Part shown: piece by piece, positions 27,452 through 37,797 of the stretch | Numbering within the stretch: the stretch's first letter is position 1 | How the letters are laid out: each line of letters begins with the position of its first letter | IMG/VR virus record: IMGVR_UViG_3300044972_000601 | Span: 44,206-108,205 of that record | Strand: one strand, 5' to 3' | DNA from: a virus | DNA: 64,000 bases | Made by a program: the position numbers and the translations under genes | Notes under the pieces: model-generated | Database searches by the model: none | What the model saw: the letters and a program-made list of their open reading frames with translations, nothing else | What the model was told of the DNA's origin: nothing

Positions 27452-29149
27452 TTATGCTTCCCTATAATATATAATTGCCATTCCTGTACCTGCATTACTG
27501 ACCATTTGATCTAGTAAGCAAGGAGGAAATGCTAGTGGTGTAGCTGCTGTACCGTTACAGCAATCAAATGCACCGCCCCAACATACACAAAGGAATTGAC
27601 ATTTTGCTTGGCCGCCGCCACCGCCTTTGCCGGCTTTGGATGAATATCCGCACCACGACACACCGCCAGAACCGCCTAATGTTCCTGCGCAAGTAATAAA
27701 GAATGGAAATAATGCATCCTGCATTAACCATGCCTGATCACACCAGCCGCAAACGCCTAACTGGCAAATTTTACACCAGTTAACGTTTGGACTTCCGCTT
27801 GTTCCGCTGTTTGCTCCAGCTGTTGTACCAATCATGTTACCCATCATTAAAGGATTACAGCAAGTAGTAGCAATGCCGCCAGTTCCTGCACCTTCACCTG
27901 AGTTTCGTGGACGAACTCCGATGAAAAATCCTCTGCAACCGTTAGTGTTTGCTCTACTTGCAACTGTGCCTGGTGCACCAGATCCGGCCATATCGTGTAT
28001 ATCCCACCATTCTTGTCTTTGAGGGCCTTCTTCGCTACAAGCGTAGCAATGCGTAGTATAGCAGTAAGCAGAACCAAAAGGATACGAACAATATGCTCCA
28101 TAACCCCACTCAACGTGCCATGCTTGTGATTCTTTAGGGTTTGCGCCACCACGGCCTCCGTCACCACCTTTCCATACACCAGACATGCAGTCTTGACTCG
28201 CCCAACTTCTGCATTGTGTTTGTCCTAAACTTGTGCCACCGCCGCCCTGGGCGCTCGGTGGGCAATTTGTACACCAAGTCAAATAAGGAGGAATATACTG
28301 ACACCCCTGCATACAAATACAGTTACAGCAGTTATAATGCCAAGTACAGCCTTGTGCGATCCAGTCGCCAATACCTGCTCCACCACCAACAACTGCTCCG
28401 TGACTTGTGCCGCCGTAGCCGCAAGTACACCAAGATGCGCCGCCACAAGTTGCTAACCAAGAACCTGCGCTTGCACCGCCAACAATATTTGCACTACAGC
28501 AACCGTTACCGTCATGTCCACCTTCAGTATATTGGTAAACTACACAGTATCCACAACAAGTTGTAACACTAAAACATTTACAACTTCCGCAATAGTGACT
28601 GTAAGAACTTCCGCAATTGTTACAAGAATATCCTGACAAGCCGCCGCAACTATTCCAATCTCCACCTGTAGCAACGCCAGAAACACAGCCAGATGCTCCG
28701 CCTGCTGTGTGAGAAGCAACACCATTACAACTTACTGTTGTATCTTGCTCTTGACGGCCTACTTGGATACAGAAATATGTGGAGCCGCCTGTTACTGCGT
28801 GATTTTTCTCGCTGTATGCTCCGCCTGAGCCAGCAGCACTTGCGCACGTTGAACCGCTTGCATCAGGCACACTGCCGCATTTTGGTTTGCCGCCGCCGCC
28901 AACAAGAACTGTTCTGGCACAAACTATGCCAGCTGGCACTGTCCAGCAATATGCTCCGGGTTTATCTAAAACTAACTTGTACTGCCAACATTGCTTGCCG
29001 TCGTAACATGCTTTTCCGCCGTAACGTAAGGTTGTGCCATATGCTTGACTTTGTGCAATGCTACCACCCAAACTTGCGGCTGTCATTTTAAATGCAGCTT
29101 GCTTTTCAGAAGTAATACAAGTAGTTAATACTGGTACAAAACGTCCCAT
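27452..29149 (-). CDS. Cys/Gly-rich putative fibre-tip protein, paralog A
   Basis: About 53 Cys in 565 aa (hand count); shares GGGGKPKC, GRQEQDTT, SHYCG.C.CFS.TTCCGYC, CAGTLGGSGGV with paralog B. Confidence 0.6.
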   Translation of the reverse strand: MGRFVPVLTTCITSEKQAAFKMTAASLGGSIAQSQAYGTTLRYGGKACYDGKQCWQYKLVLDKPGAYCWTVPAGIVCARTVLVGGGGKPKCGSVPDASGSTCASAAGSGGAYSEKNHAVTGGSTYFCIQVGRQEQDTTVSCNGVASHTAGGASGCVSGVATGGDWNSCGGLSGYSCNNCGSSYSHYCGSCKCFSVTTCCGYCVVYQYTEGGHDGNGCCSANIVGGASAGSWLATCGGASWCTCGYGGTSHGAVVGGGAGIGDWIAQGCTWHYNCCNCICMQGCQYIPPYLTWCTNCPPSAQGGGGTSLGQTQCRSWASQDCMSGVWKGGDGGRGGANPKESQAWHVEWGYGAYCSYPFGSAYCYTTHCYACSEEGPQRQEWWDIHDMAGSGAPGTVASRANTNGCRGFFIGVRPRNSGEGAGTGGIATTCCNPLMMGNMIGTTAGANSGTSGSPNVNWCKICQLGVCGWCDQAWLMQDALFPFFITCAGTLGGSGGVSWCGYSSKAGKGGGGGQAKCQFLCVCWGGAFDCCNGTAATPLAFPPCLLDQMVSNAGTGMAIIYYREA

Positions 29150-29164
29150 ATTATCTATTTCCTA

Positions 29165-29485
29165 TTAAGTTGTGCTTGTTTCAATACCGTATGCTACAGC
29201 ATTAACACTGGTTGTGCTTGAATAAACAACTAATACTTTTCCAGCATCTAGTACTAAACCTGTACGCTCTAGTACAGCGTTTGCTGGAATAGTTGTACCA
29301 AATTCTAACCACTCTGCACCACCCGGTGTTGCACTACTAGCAAGAGCTAGTCTAACTGTAACACCTGACGCATTCCTATTACAAATTGTTATGTTTACAA
29401 TAGCAAATGTACCTGTAGGGCAAGTATACAAAGTGGTATTCGTTGCTGCTGACAGATCTGCTGTGCCTAATCTTCCTGTTGCCAT
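29165..29485 (-). CDS. Small virion beta-sandwich adaptor protein
   Basis: LYT.P....I..I.ICN ... IP....L....LVL..G pattern shared with 41858..42187 and 46041..46373. Confidence 0.5.
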   Translation of the reverse strand: MATGRLGTADLSAATNTTLYTCPTGTFAIVNITICNRNASGVTVRLALASSATPGGAEWLEFGTTIPANAVLERTGLVLDAGKVLVVYSSTTSVNAVAYGIETSTT

Positions 29486-29500
29486 AATTTAATTCTCCAA

Positions 29501-32500
29501 TTATCTTAGTAAGAAGTAGTTTAATGCTAAGGGACTACCGTCTATACCCTGTGTAAAGTTAGCTTTATTCTTTATATTTATCTGAGTTCCTGCCGTGTTA
29601 CGAATCTGAGATCCTGTAATTTCGATAGTTCCTGCTACCAGCGTATTTACGTTAACTGTGCTGTTGCCGCCGCCAATTTGGCTAGCAACATATGCCCTGA
29701 TAGCTTTCTGCGTTGGCACAATCGTATCACTGTTTGCACTGAATGTTGCATCAGTACTGAACTGACTAATACTTGTGTTTGAACTGCCCAATGTAACACT
29801 ACCTAATTGTAATGTTTGTAGGCCGCTCAAGTTAAACGCATTGGCATTCAATGTGGCAATACCTGTTGATTGCTGAACAGTGAACAAGTCGCCCACGTTA
29901 AAGTTACCGTCTTGGTCAGTACTTGTGTAGAACACACGCCCGCCGCCCGCTTCGACAGTTTCATTTGCTATGTCGGCTGCTTGAAGTGGTGTGTTTGGAT
30001 AATTGGTTGTGGCAATTGGGCCGGTACCAATACTCAAGAAGTCGTGTCCAGTTAGTCGAGTTTGACTGTATAATATACGCATTGTGATTGCTACACCATG
30101 TACTGGTGCAAGTGCAATGGTCATAACAGGACTAATTTGTAATGTAGCACTGTAGTTACCCGGTGTTCCTGTTTGACTACTAACTGTTACCAACTTGTAG
30201 TACGAACTATTGCCTGCAAATTGTATGTTACTACCCAATGTAGGAATAGCAGTCATACCACTTACATTCATGTACTGATTATTTTGGAAAATGTCAGCAT
30301 AGCCGCTACCACTGATTGTGGTAGTGGAACTGGTATAGCCAGTGCCGCGATTGGTAAATGTTGGGTTGCCCAAAACGCCTATACCAGTTCTCACTGTGTA
30401 CGTGGCCGTTGACGTGGCATTTGGGTCGCCAAGTGTGATTGTTGGAGGAGTAGTGTATCCAGAACCTGGTTCGTAGATTCTAAAACTACTGATCTGTCCG
30501 CTGGTAACAACTGCACGGGCTTCTGCTCGTGTAAAGTTAGGAATACTCAATGCACTTGTACTGCTACTTGCAATAACTGCCCATGTAGGAGCCGCACTGG
30601 TAATAGTAGTGCTGCCTGTTGAAACAGCATGACTAGTGTCAACTGTCCAAGTACTGCTTGAACCAAACTGTGTTCCAGTCAAGTTAGCAGTGATTGTTGT
30701 GCCAGCAATTACACCAACGCCATTCAACACTGCACCAGTAATAATGCCGCTGCCAGTTGGAGTACTTGTAACAGTTAATGTTGTTCCAGTGATACTACCA
30801 GTAAAGCTAGTGCTGGTATTACCAAATGTCAAAGCATTCCAAGATGCATTGCTCAGTGTGCGTGGAGTCCAGTTAATGCCATCCGGACTTGTTGCACCTG
30901 CACCTGCACCTGTTACACTGGTCCAGTTGCCGCCTACATTACTTGAAATAGTAGTAATTGGTGTTAACGTTGCACTTGTACTAACTTGTATCTGACTATT
31001 AGTCTGATTAATTGAGACAACGTAATATGTTGTGGCTGATGTTAAACCGCCAAATGCAGCACCTGCTGTGATTGCCTGTGTACCAGTAGCAGTTGTAACT
31101 GCCAAATTAGTTCCGCCAAAGCTAGCACTTACTGCTACAGTTGTTGCACTTGGAACTGCTGTGACAAAGTATGTTGTACTATTTGACAAGCCACCAAATG
31201 CTCCCGATACATCAGTTACAAAGCTCTCGCCCACTGCCATGCCAGTAGAAGAATCAACGGTAATCAAATTATTAGTACCGGTTATCAAACCTGGAGTTGT
31301 AACAGTTTGACTTGCGTTCAAAGAATAACTAGATCCAGAAATTGCAATACTACCAGTTGCACCAATGGCAGAACTCACTGTGTATGTGCCTGCACCTCCA
31401 GAGCCTGAGCCAAGAGCAGTAATATATCCAGTCAAATTATCTAATTTGATAGCATTGTTTTGATAAGAAACATATCCCAATGTGTATGTTAGGCCAGTTG
31501 GAGTACCAATAGTAGTTACCACACCAGTTGTTACGTTAGGATTAACATTGCTGGTTGTGCTCAGTGTGAATGTTGTACGACCATTTGTAGCAATCACATA
31601 ATAAGTAGTTGGATTGGCATAGCTGGTAATAGAGCCAGTGCCGCCCAGTGTGCCACTAATTGTTATAGTCATACCAACCGCAAGAGTTGTTGCATCACAA
31701 TTAAACTGTCCGCCAGTTCCAATAATATTAACATTGGCCAATACGGGCTGTGTTAATGTATAATGTTGACCTGCAAATAGTGTGCCTCCGCCCACGGTTG
31801 CTGTGGGTGCTGGACTTATGAAATAAGTTCCTGATCCACCAGTGCCTGTGCCGTTAGCAGTAACAAATGATCCTGCACTTACTACGGTTCCGCCAGCACC
31901 AGTTGCACTTGTGGCACTGTCAAATGTACAGATACTTGCTGAACAAGCTGTTACTTTGAATGTGCCGTTAAAGTTGCTGTTGGCATTGCCTGTGATTGTG
32001 ATTGCTTGTCCTGTGGCAAATGGAGCACTTGCTTGTACACTGCTGAATGTAACTGTAGCACTTAATCCGTTACCGTTAACATTATTGATTGCCAAACTTT
32101 GTGCAACGAAACCGTTTGTCCAGCTGATAACTGTACCCGGAACAACAGTGCCAGAACCCACACCCGATACGTTTAGTGTAATAGGAGTTGCTGTGATTGT
32201 GGTACTTGTAACTGTCTGACTCAAGTTAACTAACCATGTGCTTGGATTACTGGTTGCAGTACCGCTCAAACCTGCAGAAACATAAGTTCCTCCAGTAACG
32301 CCTGTGCCGCTTATCACATATCCCACAACAATGCCTGTTCCTGATGGAGCACTGGTCACAGACATAATGCCGCCTAGGCCTACATCCGTTGCACTTACTG
32401 GTGCAATGCTGGCAGTAAATGTCACTGCTGTACCGGCTGTGATGCCGCCAAAGAATGAACTTGGTGCTGAAGCAGCAATAGTATAACTGGCTCCTGTGAT

Positions 32501-35500
32501 ATTAGGACCACTCACATATGCACCAGCCGCTGGAGTTCCAACACTAGTACCTTGCAAACTTAATACGCCGTTCTTAACTTCTGCAAAGTTGTTAGTAACA
32601 ACTGGCCCGCTGATAGCCTGTCCAACTGCCACTGTACCTGTTATAGTACCACCAACAGTTAATGTTACACCGCTTACGCTGGAACTTGTACTTGTAAAAC
32701 TGTTACTTCCAGTAATATACAATGGCTTGCTGAATACTGTTCCGCCAGATACATATGCAGTAGTTGTTGTGCCTGCAAATGTCACGCTGGTAGCAGTTGG
32801 TTGTCCAGTAACAGTGTAACTGCCATTGTAAGCAATAGGGGCTACACCTTGTAAATCAATAGTTTGACCTGATACAAACGGTACTGGTTTAACATAAGTG
32901 TATGTTAAGCCAGTTGGAGTTCCTGTAGTTGTAACAACACCAACTGTTGGTACTACGTAAACGCTAGTTGCCGCTGTGCCTGCGGTAAATGTCAATGCTG
33001 TTCCACCTGGAACAGAACTGATTGTGATACTGGTACTTGCTACGACACTCAACACATAGTAAGGAGTATTAGCAACCAAACCAATTGTTGCCAAGTTTGC
33101 ACCTGTAAAGTAAATTGGGATTCCAGCTTGTATATTTGTTGTACTAGCCATTGCCAATGCGGATGTGCCGTTGCCGGTAAATGTTTGGCCTGCTGCGGCT
33201 GTTCCGCCTGACAACTGGAATCCTGTACTGTTATTGTTAGTCTTGTTAATAAAATAAGTTGTTGGATTTGCATAACCAGTAATAGAGCCAGTGCCGCCCA
33301 ATGTACCACTAACAGTTACTAGCTGTCCAACTTGCAATGCAGATGCTGTTGCTGTGCAAGTAAATTGCCCGGCTGTTCCTGCAATAACAACTCCAGTTAA
33401 TGCTTCTGTTTGTTGAGCATAAGTGACTGTTACTGTTGATCCAGAACCAGTGACACCTGTTACTGCAATGTTTTGTGCAGTTTGTACATTATTACCAGTA
33501 ACAACCATACCTGTAGCAACAGTTCCTTGATTTGCTGACCCAGGTGTTAACACATTGCCAGCACCAGTAATACCTATTGTGCCAGAACTGTTTAAAGATG
33601 CAACTGCTCTTGTAGTAGCTGTTGCGTTAGTAGTTTGACTAGCGACTGTTGGTGTCCACGCTTGCCCTGTTGCCATACCAGCTGTACTGCTTAAAGTAAT
33701 TTGATTACTACCAGTGTAGGCTGCTGTAACTGTGGGTGTCAAATAAGCTGCTGTAGCAAGGAACGATCCTTGACCGTAGGCAACATTTTTCCAAGCATAA
33801 CTGAATGGTAAAACTGTATTAGGAGTTGTCCAAGTAATACCATCTGTTGAGTATGCTGTTGCTGTGCCGCCCTGGGCAACTGCAACAAATCGGCCATTGC
33901 CCCATGCAATACTTGTCCAGTATGCTGTTTGTGGTAATGCTCCAGCTGTCCAAGCTGCTCCGTCTACTGAATATGCAGTGGCTTGGCTTAACACAGTGCC
34001 GCCTGTAATAGCAACAAATCGTTCTGGGCCAGTGCCATATGCAACAGCTATGTAGTTAGCGTTGGCAACTGAGCCACCGTTGTTCCAAGATGTGCCGTTA
34101 GCACTGTAAGCTGTTACTGTTCCGTTGCCAACTGCAACAAACCGGCTATTACCATAAGCAACGCTGGTCCATGTTCCAGATTGTAATCCAGTCATTGCTG
34201 TCCAGCTTGTGCCATTGGTGCTAGAATATGCAACTGTAGTTGCTGCTGTTCCTGCAACTGTTACAAAATAAGTTGTGGCACTTATTGCACCACTTGCAAC
34301 TCCAACATATGCACTAGCAGAACTCAAGCCAGTCATTGCACTCCAGTTTGCACCGTCTACGCTGTATGCACTGTTGCCATCACTGGAAGAAACTGCCACA
34401 AAACGGCCGCTTGCATAAGTGGTAGAACTCCAATTTGTTGCAGTTCCTGGCATTGTGCGACTGGTAGTGGCAAAACTTGGAGCAGTAAATGTTACCCTTG
34501 GTTCAATGCTGTATGTTGTTGTGCTGTCCATTGTTGCACTAATTGCTGTTCCAACAACCACATGATCCCAACCTGCTGCATTTACAATCATTGTACTGGC
34601 AGTTACATCGGTCAAACCAGTGCTGATTGCAGCACCGCCGCTTGTTGCACTGACTGCAAACTGTGTTGCACTAGTGATGGCCTGTACATAGTAAACAGTG
34701 GCCACAGCAAAGCCGCCGATTGCAGTGCCTGTAAAGACGATTGGTTGATTAACATACAATGTTAAAGTGCTAGCAACTGTGACCAATGCACCAGTTGCTG
34801 TAACTGCACTGGCTGTCAATGCTGTGAAACTTTCTTTAGCAATGTATGCTTGCTTGCCTCCAGCGTTATAAAATGCAATATAACCAAATTGACCAACACC
34901 TAGGCCGCTTGTGATTAGTAAACGCATGCCAAGATAGGATGCACTAACCGCAGTATCTGATCCAGCAATAATAATAGTTGTAGTTGTACCGCTTTGTGCC
35001 GTGTTTGTTGCTGATACAAATCCTGCACCAGTAGTTAACATTCTGTTTTCAAATACAGCATTATCACGAACTTCATCACCTACTGCTGTGGCATTGATGC
35101 CGTTTGCACTGTTAAAGGTAAAAGTTGTTCCTGAATTAGGATATGCATTACCAGCATTACTATATTCTAATCTATAGATACTTGCACCGCTGGTGAATGT
35201 ATTTCCAACCACTGCTTGAACAGCACGGTTATTAACAGTAGCAGTGATAGGAGTTTCTGAACTGTTAACTCCTTCAGATACGCTGCCAAATTTACCGTAA
35301 GAGTTGTTGCCGTTGGTGGCACGAATCTTGCCACCGTGTTCTGCAAGATAACCAATGTGTGCGTAGTATGTAAACACCGAAACTAATTCAGCACGGCCTT
35401 GGTTAGTAATCCAAGCACCGATACCATTGTCAATAACTTGTGTAAAGTCGTTGGCAACAATAGATTGATTTCCGCCGTTGTGTAATGCACCATCTACTTT

Positions 35501-37753
35501 TAGTCCAATTGCACAAGATCCAAATGTAGTGACGTTTTGAATATACGGACTACGGCGTGAAATCCATACGCTAGCATCATCTGGGCCTGCACCTGGATCT
35601 AAACTTGCATATGCACCTGCTGTGGGACGCTGTGTTCCATAACTGTTTGCTGCACCTAGTGTGCCGCTTAATCCTTGCAATGTACAATTACGCAGGCCAG
35701 AGCCGTTTCTCATGTAGAACATATTGCTGGTTGTGTATCCGCTGGAGGGTTGAATTACAGTTGATCGCAATTCGTCGCCAATAATTGCACAGTTTTCAGG
35801 AATACTAATAGGCAGTACTTCGGAATAAACACCAGACTTAACATAAATTGAACTAGTGTATCCTGTCGTTGGCAACGGAATACCAGCTGTGTCTACTGCG
35901 GTTAATGCGTTAATAACAATATCAAACAATGCTCCTGCCGCAGTTGTTGCACCAGCTTCTGATGTGTAAGACAAGTTAATCACTTGATTAACTGCTGGAG
36001 TATAACTGGTTAATGTTTGGTAGTTAGTACCTGGAGCAGTATTTGTTAATGCATTAGTAACAATATTAATTTTTAATCTTTGTAGCAATGCAATAATAAA
36101 CGGCATTGCTGATGTTGTGGCTGCATTAACAAATGTAGTGGAAGTAGCAAAATACATCATTGTTGCATTTACAGTGTTAGTATTACTTCCACTACGTAAA
36201 TCTTGAGTGATAGCATCTAAAATAATTCTTGAATCACGCAATGTTTTTACACCGTCATATACTGAGCCCGGTGCAAACGGTGCAATACTAGTTGTTTTAG
36301 CATATTCGCCATACTGATACATTTCACGAACGGCCCAGTTAACGTTTTCGCCAAACAAATAGATAGCATTGGGAAATAATGTTCCCGCTGCAACTTGAGA
36401 GCAAGCGTAGGCAATAGTTGCCCATGGCTTGTCAAGTGTTTTACCTTGATCAGTTGCTGCGGTGTCTGTACCACCAACAGCAACATAATAAACATTGTTA
36501 ATATTACCAAATGTGTTCCAGTATAAGTTTGTTCCCTGTACTGTCAACACTTGACCGTCGGTACCGATAGGCAATCTTGCTGGGCCTGCGCCGCTGTAAT
36601 ATAGCGTGTCGCCTTGTGTTGTTAACACCGCAGTTTCCGATCCAGCAGCCAACAAGTTCCAATAAGTACCAACTAAATCAACAGTTGGTTTGTTTGTTGC
36701 AGTGGCAGCAGTGTGGCCCAACACGCAAACATATGTGTTTACACCATCCTTGATTGAATCCCCAAGTTTATATGCAGTGCCATTTGTCCATGCACCTAAC
36801 CACTGATATCCTGGGTTTAACAATTCCCAGTATGTGCCGTTTGGTGGTTCGTTGTTGGTGTGATCTAGTTTTGATAGATATGTATAACCATTTAATCTCA
36901 CAACATCGCCTACTTTGTAAGCAGTTGCTCCAGACCAGTTGCCAATAAAGTTGAATCCTGTGCTTAACACAGTCCAATACAATGTTGCTGTACTAGGAGT
37001 TTGATTTGTATGATTTTGCAGAGCCACATAACTATAGCCGCCGTATGTAACAACATCGCCTTTTTGGTAAGTTGTTACACCACTCCATGTGCTTTCAAAT
37101 TGCAAACCTTCTACAAATATTGCCCATTTGGTATCGTCAAATGTGCCAGCAGATGTGTGGTATGTTGTGCAAATCCATAAATCAGCACCGTACTTGACAA
37201 CATCATTAAGTTTGTAACGTGTTGTGCCTGACCAGTCTGTTTTATAGTCAAAACTTCTGTTGACTAAATCCCAAGATGATGTATCACCTTCTAATCCTAT
37301 TGAAGTAGATTGGCTAGTATGTGCGGCATTACAAATGTAAACCGATGCTCCGTACTTGACAACATCTCCAACTTTGTATGTTGTAGTTTGTGACCAAGAT
37401 CCAGTCCAATTAAATGCACTGGCAAACAGTGTCCAGTTGCTTTGATTTGTTTCTAATGTAGTACTGCTGGTATGACCTGTGTTACAAATATAAACGCGGC
37501 CGCCATATTGCACAAGGTCATTAATATTGTAATATGTAGGAGTGGTCCAAGTGCCTCTCCATGTTTGGCCGTCGGCGGTAATGTTCCACTTTGATGCTAA
37601 ATCAGTATAAAAATCTGCCGAGCTTGTGTGCCCTGTGGTACAAATATATACTTTACCACTAACTCTAACTACGTCGTCTTTTACGTATGTGGTAGTTCCC
37701 GCCCAGACACCTTTCCAGACAAATCTAATCCTACCTAATTTAAACTCTGCCAT
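29501..37753 (-). CDS. Giant tail fibre/adhesin: CBM5/12-like repeats, pectin-lyase-like beta-helix, large inserted region
   Basis: 2750 aa; about 7 W...T.Y..GDVV.YG..Y.C...H repeats; IYVKSG.Y.E.LPI..P...I.GDELR helix entry; S.DG..W propeller repeats; GATAAATA at 37780-37787. Confidence 0.75.
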   Translation of the reverse strand: MAEFKLGRIRFVWKGVWAGTTTYVKDDVVRVSGKVYICTTGHTSSADFYTDLASKWNITADGQTWRGTWTTPTYYNINDLVQYGGRVYICNTGHTSSTTLETNQSNWTLFASAFNWTGSWSQTTTYKVGDVVKYGASVYICNAAHTSQSTSIGLEGDTSSWDLVNRSFDYKTDWSGTTRYKLNDVVKYGADLWICTTYHTSAGTFDDTKWAIFVEGLQFESTWSGVTTYQKGDVVTYGGYSYVALQNHTNQTPSTATLYWTVLSTGFNFIGNWSGATAYKVGDVVRLNGYTYLSKLDHTNNEPPNGTYWELLNPGYQWLGAWTNGTAYKLGDSIKDGVNTYVCVLGHTAATATNKPTVDLVGTYWNLLAAGSETAVLTTQGDTLYYSGAGPARLPIGTDGQVLTVQGTNLYWNTFGNINNVYYVAVGGTDTAATDQGKTLDKPWATIAYACSQVAAGTLFPNAIYLFGENVNWAVREMYQYGEYAKTTSIAPFAPGSVYDGVKTLRDSRIILDAITQDLRSGSNTNTVNATMMYFATSTTFVNAATTSAMPFIIALLQRLKINIVTNALTNTAPGTNYQTLTSYTPAVNQVINLSYTSEAGATTAAGALFDIVINALTAVDTAGIPLPTTGYTSSIYVKSGVYSEVLPISIPENCAIIGDELRSTVIQPSSGYTTSNMFYMRNGSGLRNCTLQGLSGTLGAANSYGTQRPTAGAYASLDPGAGPDDASVWISRRSPYIQNVTTFGSCAIGLKVDGALHNGGNQSIVANDFTQVIDNGIGAWITNQGRAELVSVFTYYAHIGYLAEHGGKIRATNGNNSYGKFGSVSEGVNSSETPITATVNNRAVQAVVGNTFTSGASIYRLEYSNAGNAYPNSGTTFTFNSANGINATAVGDEVRDNAVFENRMLTTGAGFVSATNTAQSGTTTTIIIAGSDTAVSASYLGMRLLITSGLGVGQFGYIAFYNAGGKQAYIAKESFTALTASAVTATGALVTVASTLTLYVNQPIVFTGTAIGGFAVATVYYVQAITSATQFAVSATSGGAAISTGLTDVTASTMIVNAAGWDHVVVGTAISATMDSTTTYSIEPRVTFTAPSFATTSRTMPGTATNWSSTTYASGRFVAVSSSDGNSAYSVDGANWSAMTGLSSASAYVGVASGAISATTYFVTVAGTAATTVAYSSTNGTSWTAMTGLQSGTWTSVAYGNSRFVAVGNGTVTAYSANGTSWNNGGSVANANYIAVAYGTGPERFVAITGGTVLSQATAYSVDGAAWTAGALPQTAYWTSIAWGNGRFVAVAQGGTATAYSTDGITWTTPNTVLPFSYAWKNVAYGQGSFLATAAYLTPTVTAAYTGSNQITLSSTAGMATGQAWTPTVASQTTNATATTRAVASLNSSGTIGITGAGNVLTPGSANQGTVATGMVVTGNNVQTAQNIAVTGVTGSGSTVTVTYAQQTEALTGVVIAGTAGQFTCTATASALQVGQLVTVSGTLGGTGSITGYANPTTYFINKTNNNSTGFQLSGGTAAAGQTFTGNGTSALAMASTTNIQAGIPIYFTGANLATIGLVANTPYYVLSVVASTSITISSVPGGTALTFTAGTAATSVYVVPTVGVVTTTGTPTGLTYTYVKPVPFVSGQTIDLQGVAPIAYNGSYTVTGQPTATSVTFAGTTTTAYVSGGTVFSKPLYITGSNSFTSTSSSVSGVTLTVGGTITGTVAVGQAISGPVVTNNFAEVKNGVLSLQGTSVGTPAAGAYVSGPNITGASYTIAASAPSSFFGGITAGTAVTFTASIAPVSATDVGLGGIMSVTSAPSGTGIVVGYVISGTGVTGGTYVSAGLSGTATSNPSTWLVNLSQTVTSTTITATPITLNVSGVGSGTVVPGTVISWTNGFVAQSLAINNVNGNGLSATVTFSSVQASAPFATGQAITITGNANSNFNGTFKVTACSASICTFDSATSATGAGGTVVSAGSFVTANGTGTGGSGTYFISPAPTATVGGGTLFAGQHYTLTQPVLANVNIIGTGGQFNCDATTLAVGMTITISGTLGGTGSITSYANPTTYYVIATNGRTTFTLSTTSNVNPNVTTGVVTTIGTPTGLTYTLGYVSYQNNAIKLDNLTGYITALGSGSGGAGTYTVSSAIGATGSIAISGSSYSLNASQTVTTPGLITGTNNLITVDSSTGMAVGESFVTDVSGAFGGLSNSTTYFVTAVPSATTVAVSASFGGTNLAVTTATGTQAITAGAAFGGLTSATTYYVVSINQTNSQIQVSTSATLTPITTISSNVGGNWTSVTGAGAGATSPDGINWTPRTLSNASWNALTFGNTSTSFTGSITGTTLTVTSTPTGSGIITGAVLNGVGVIAGTTITANLTGTQFGSSSTWTVDTSHAVSTGSTTITSAAPTWAVIASSSTSALSIPNFTRAEARAVVTSGQISSFRIYEPGSGYTTPPTITLGDPNATSTATYTVRTGIGVLGNPTFTNRGTGYTSSTTTISGSGYADIFQNNQYMNVSGMTAIPTLGSNIQFAGNSSYYKLVTVSSQTGTPGNYSATLQISPVMTIALAPVHGVAITMRILYSQTRLTGHDFLSIGTGPIATTNYPNTPLQAADIANETVEAGGGRVFYTSTDQDGNFNVGDLFTVQQSTGIATLNANAFNLSGLQTLQLGSVTLGSSNTSISQFSTDATFSANSDTIVPTQKAIRAYVASQIGGGNSTVNVNTLVAGTIEITGSQIRNTAGTQINIKNKANFTQGIDGSPLALNYFLLR

Positions 37754-37797
37754 ATTCTACTCCAGATTTAAGTTCTAAATATTTATCAATATACATT

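Noticed and set aside
25809-29149. Codon reassignment as the cause of the Cys excess
   Set aside because: TGT/TGC behave as Cys in zinc motifs elsewhere (gp46 CHAC, HNH CxxC) and core genes translate fully in the standard code
12664-29149. Diversity-generating retroelement or invertible fibre cassette behind the paralog pairs
   Set aside because: No reverse transcriptase or invertase in the window, and no adenine-specific TR/VR pair or flanking inverted repeats seen
30636-32819. Many short plus-strand ORFs rich in V/P/L/A
   Set aside because: Antisense artefacts of Thr/Gly/Ser-rich fibre coding sequence
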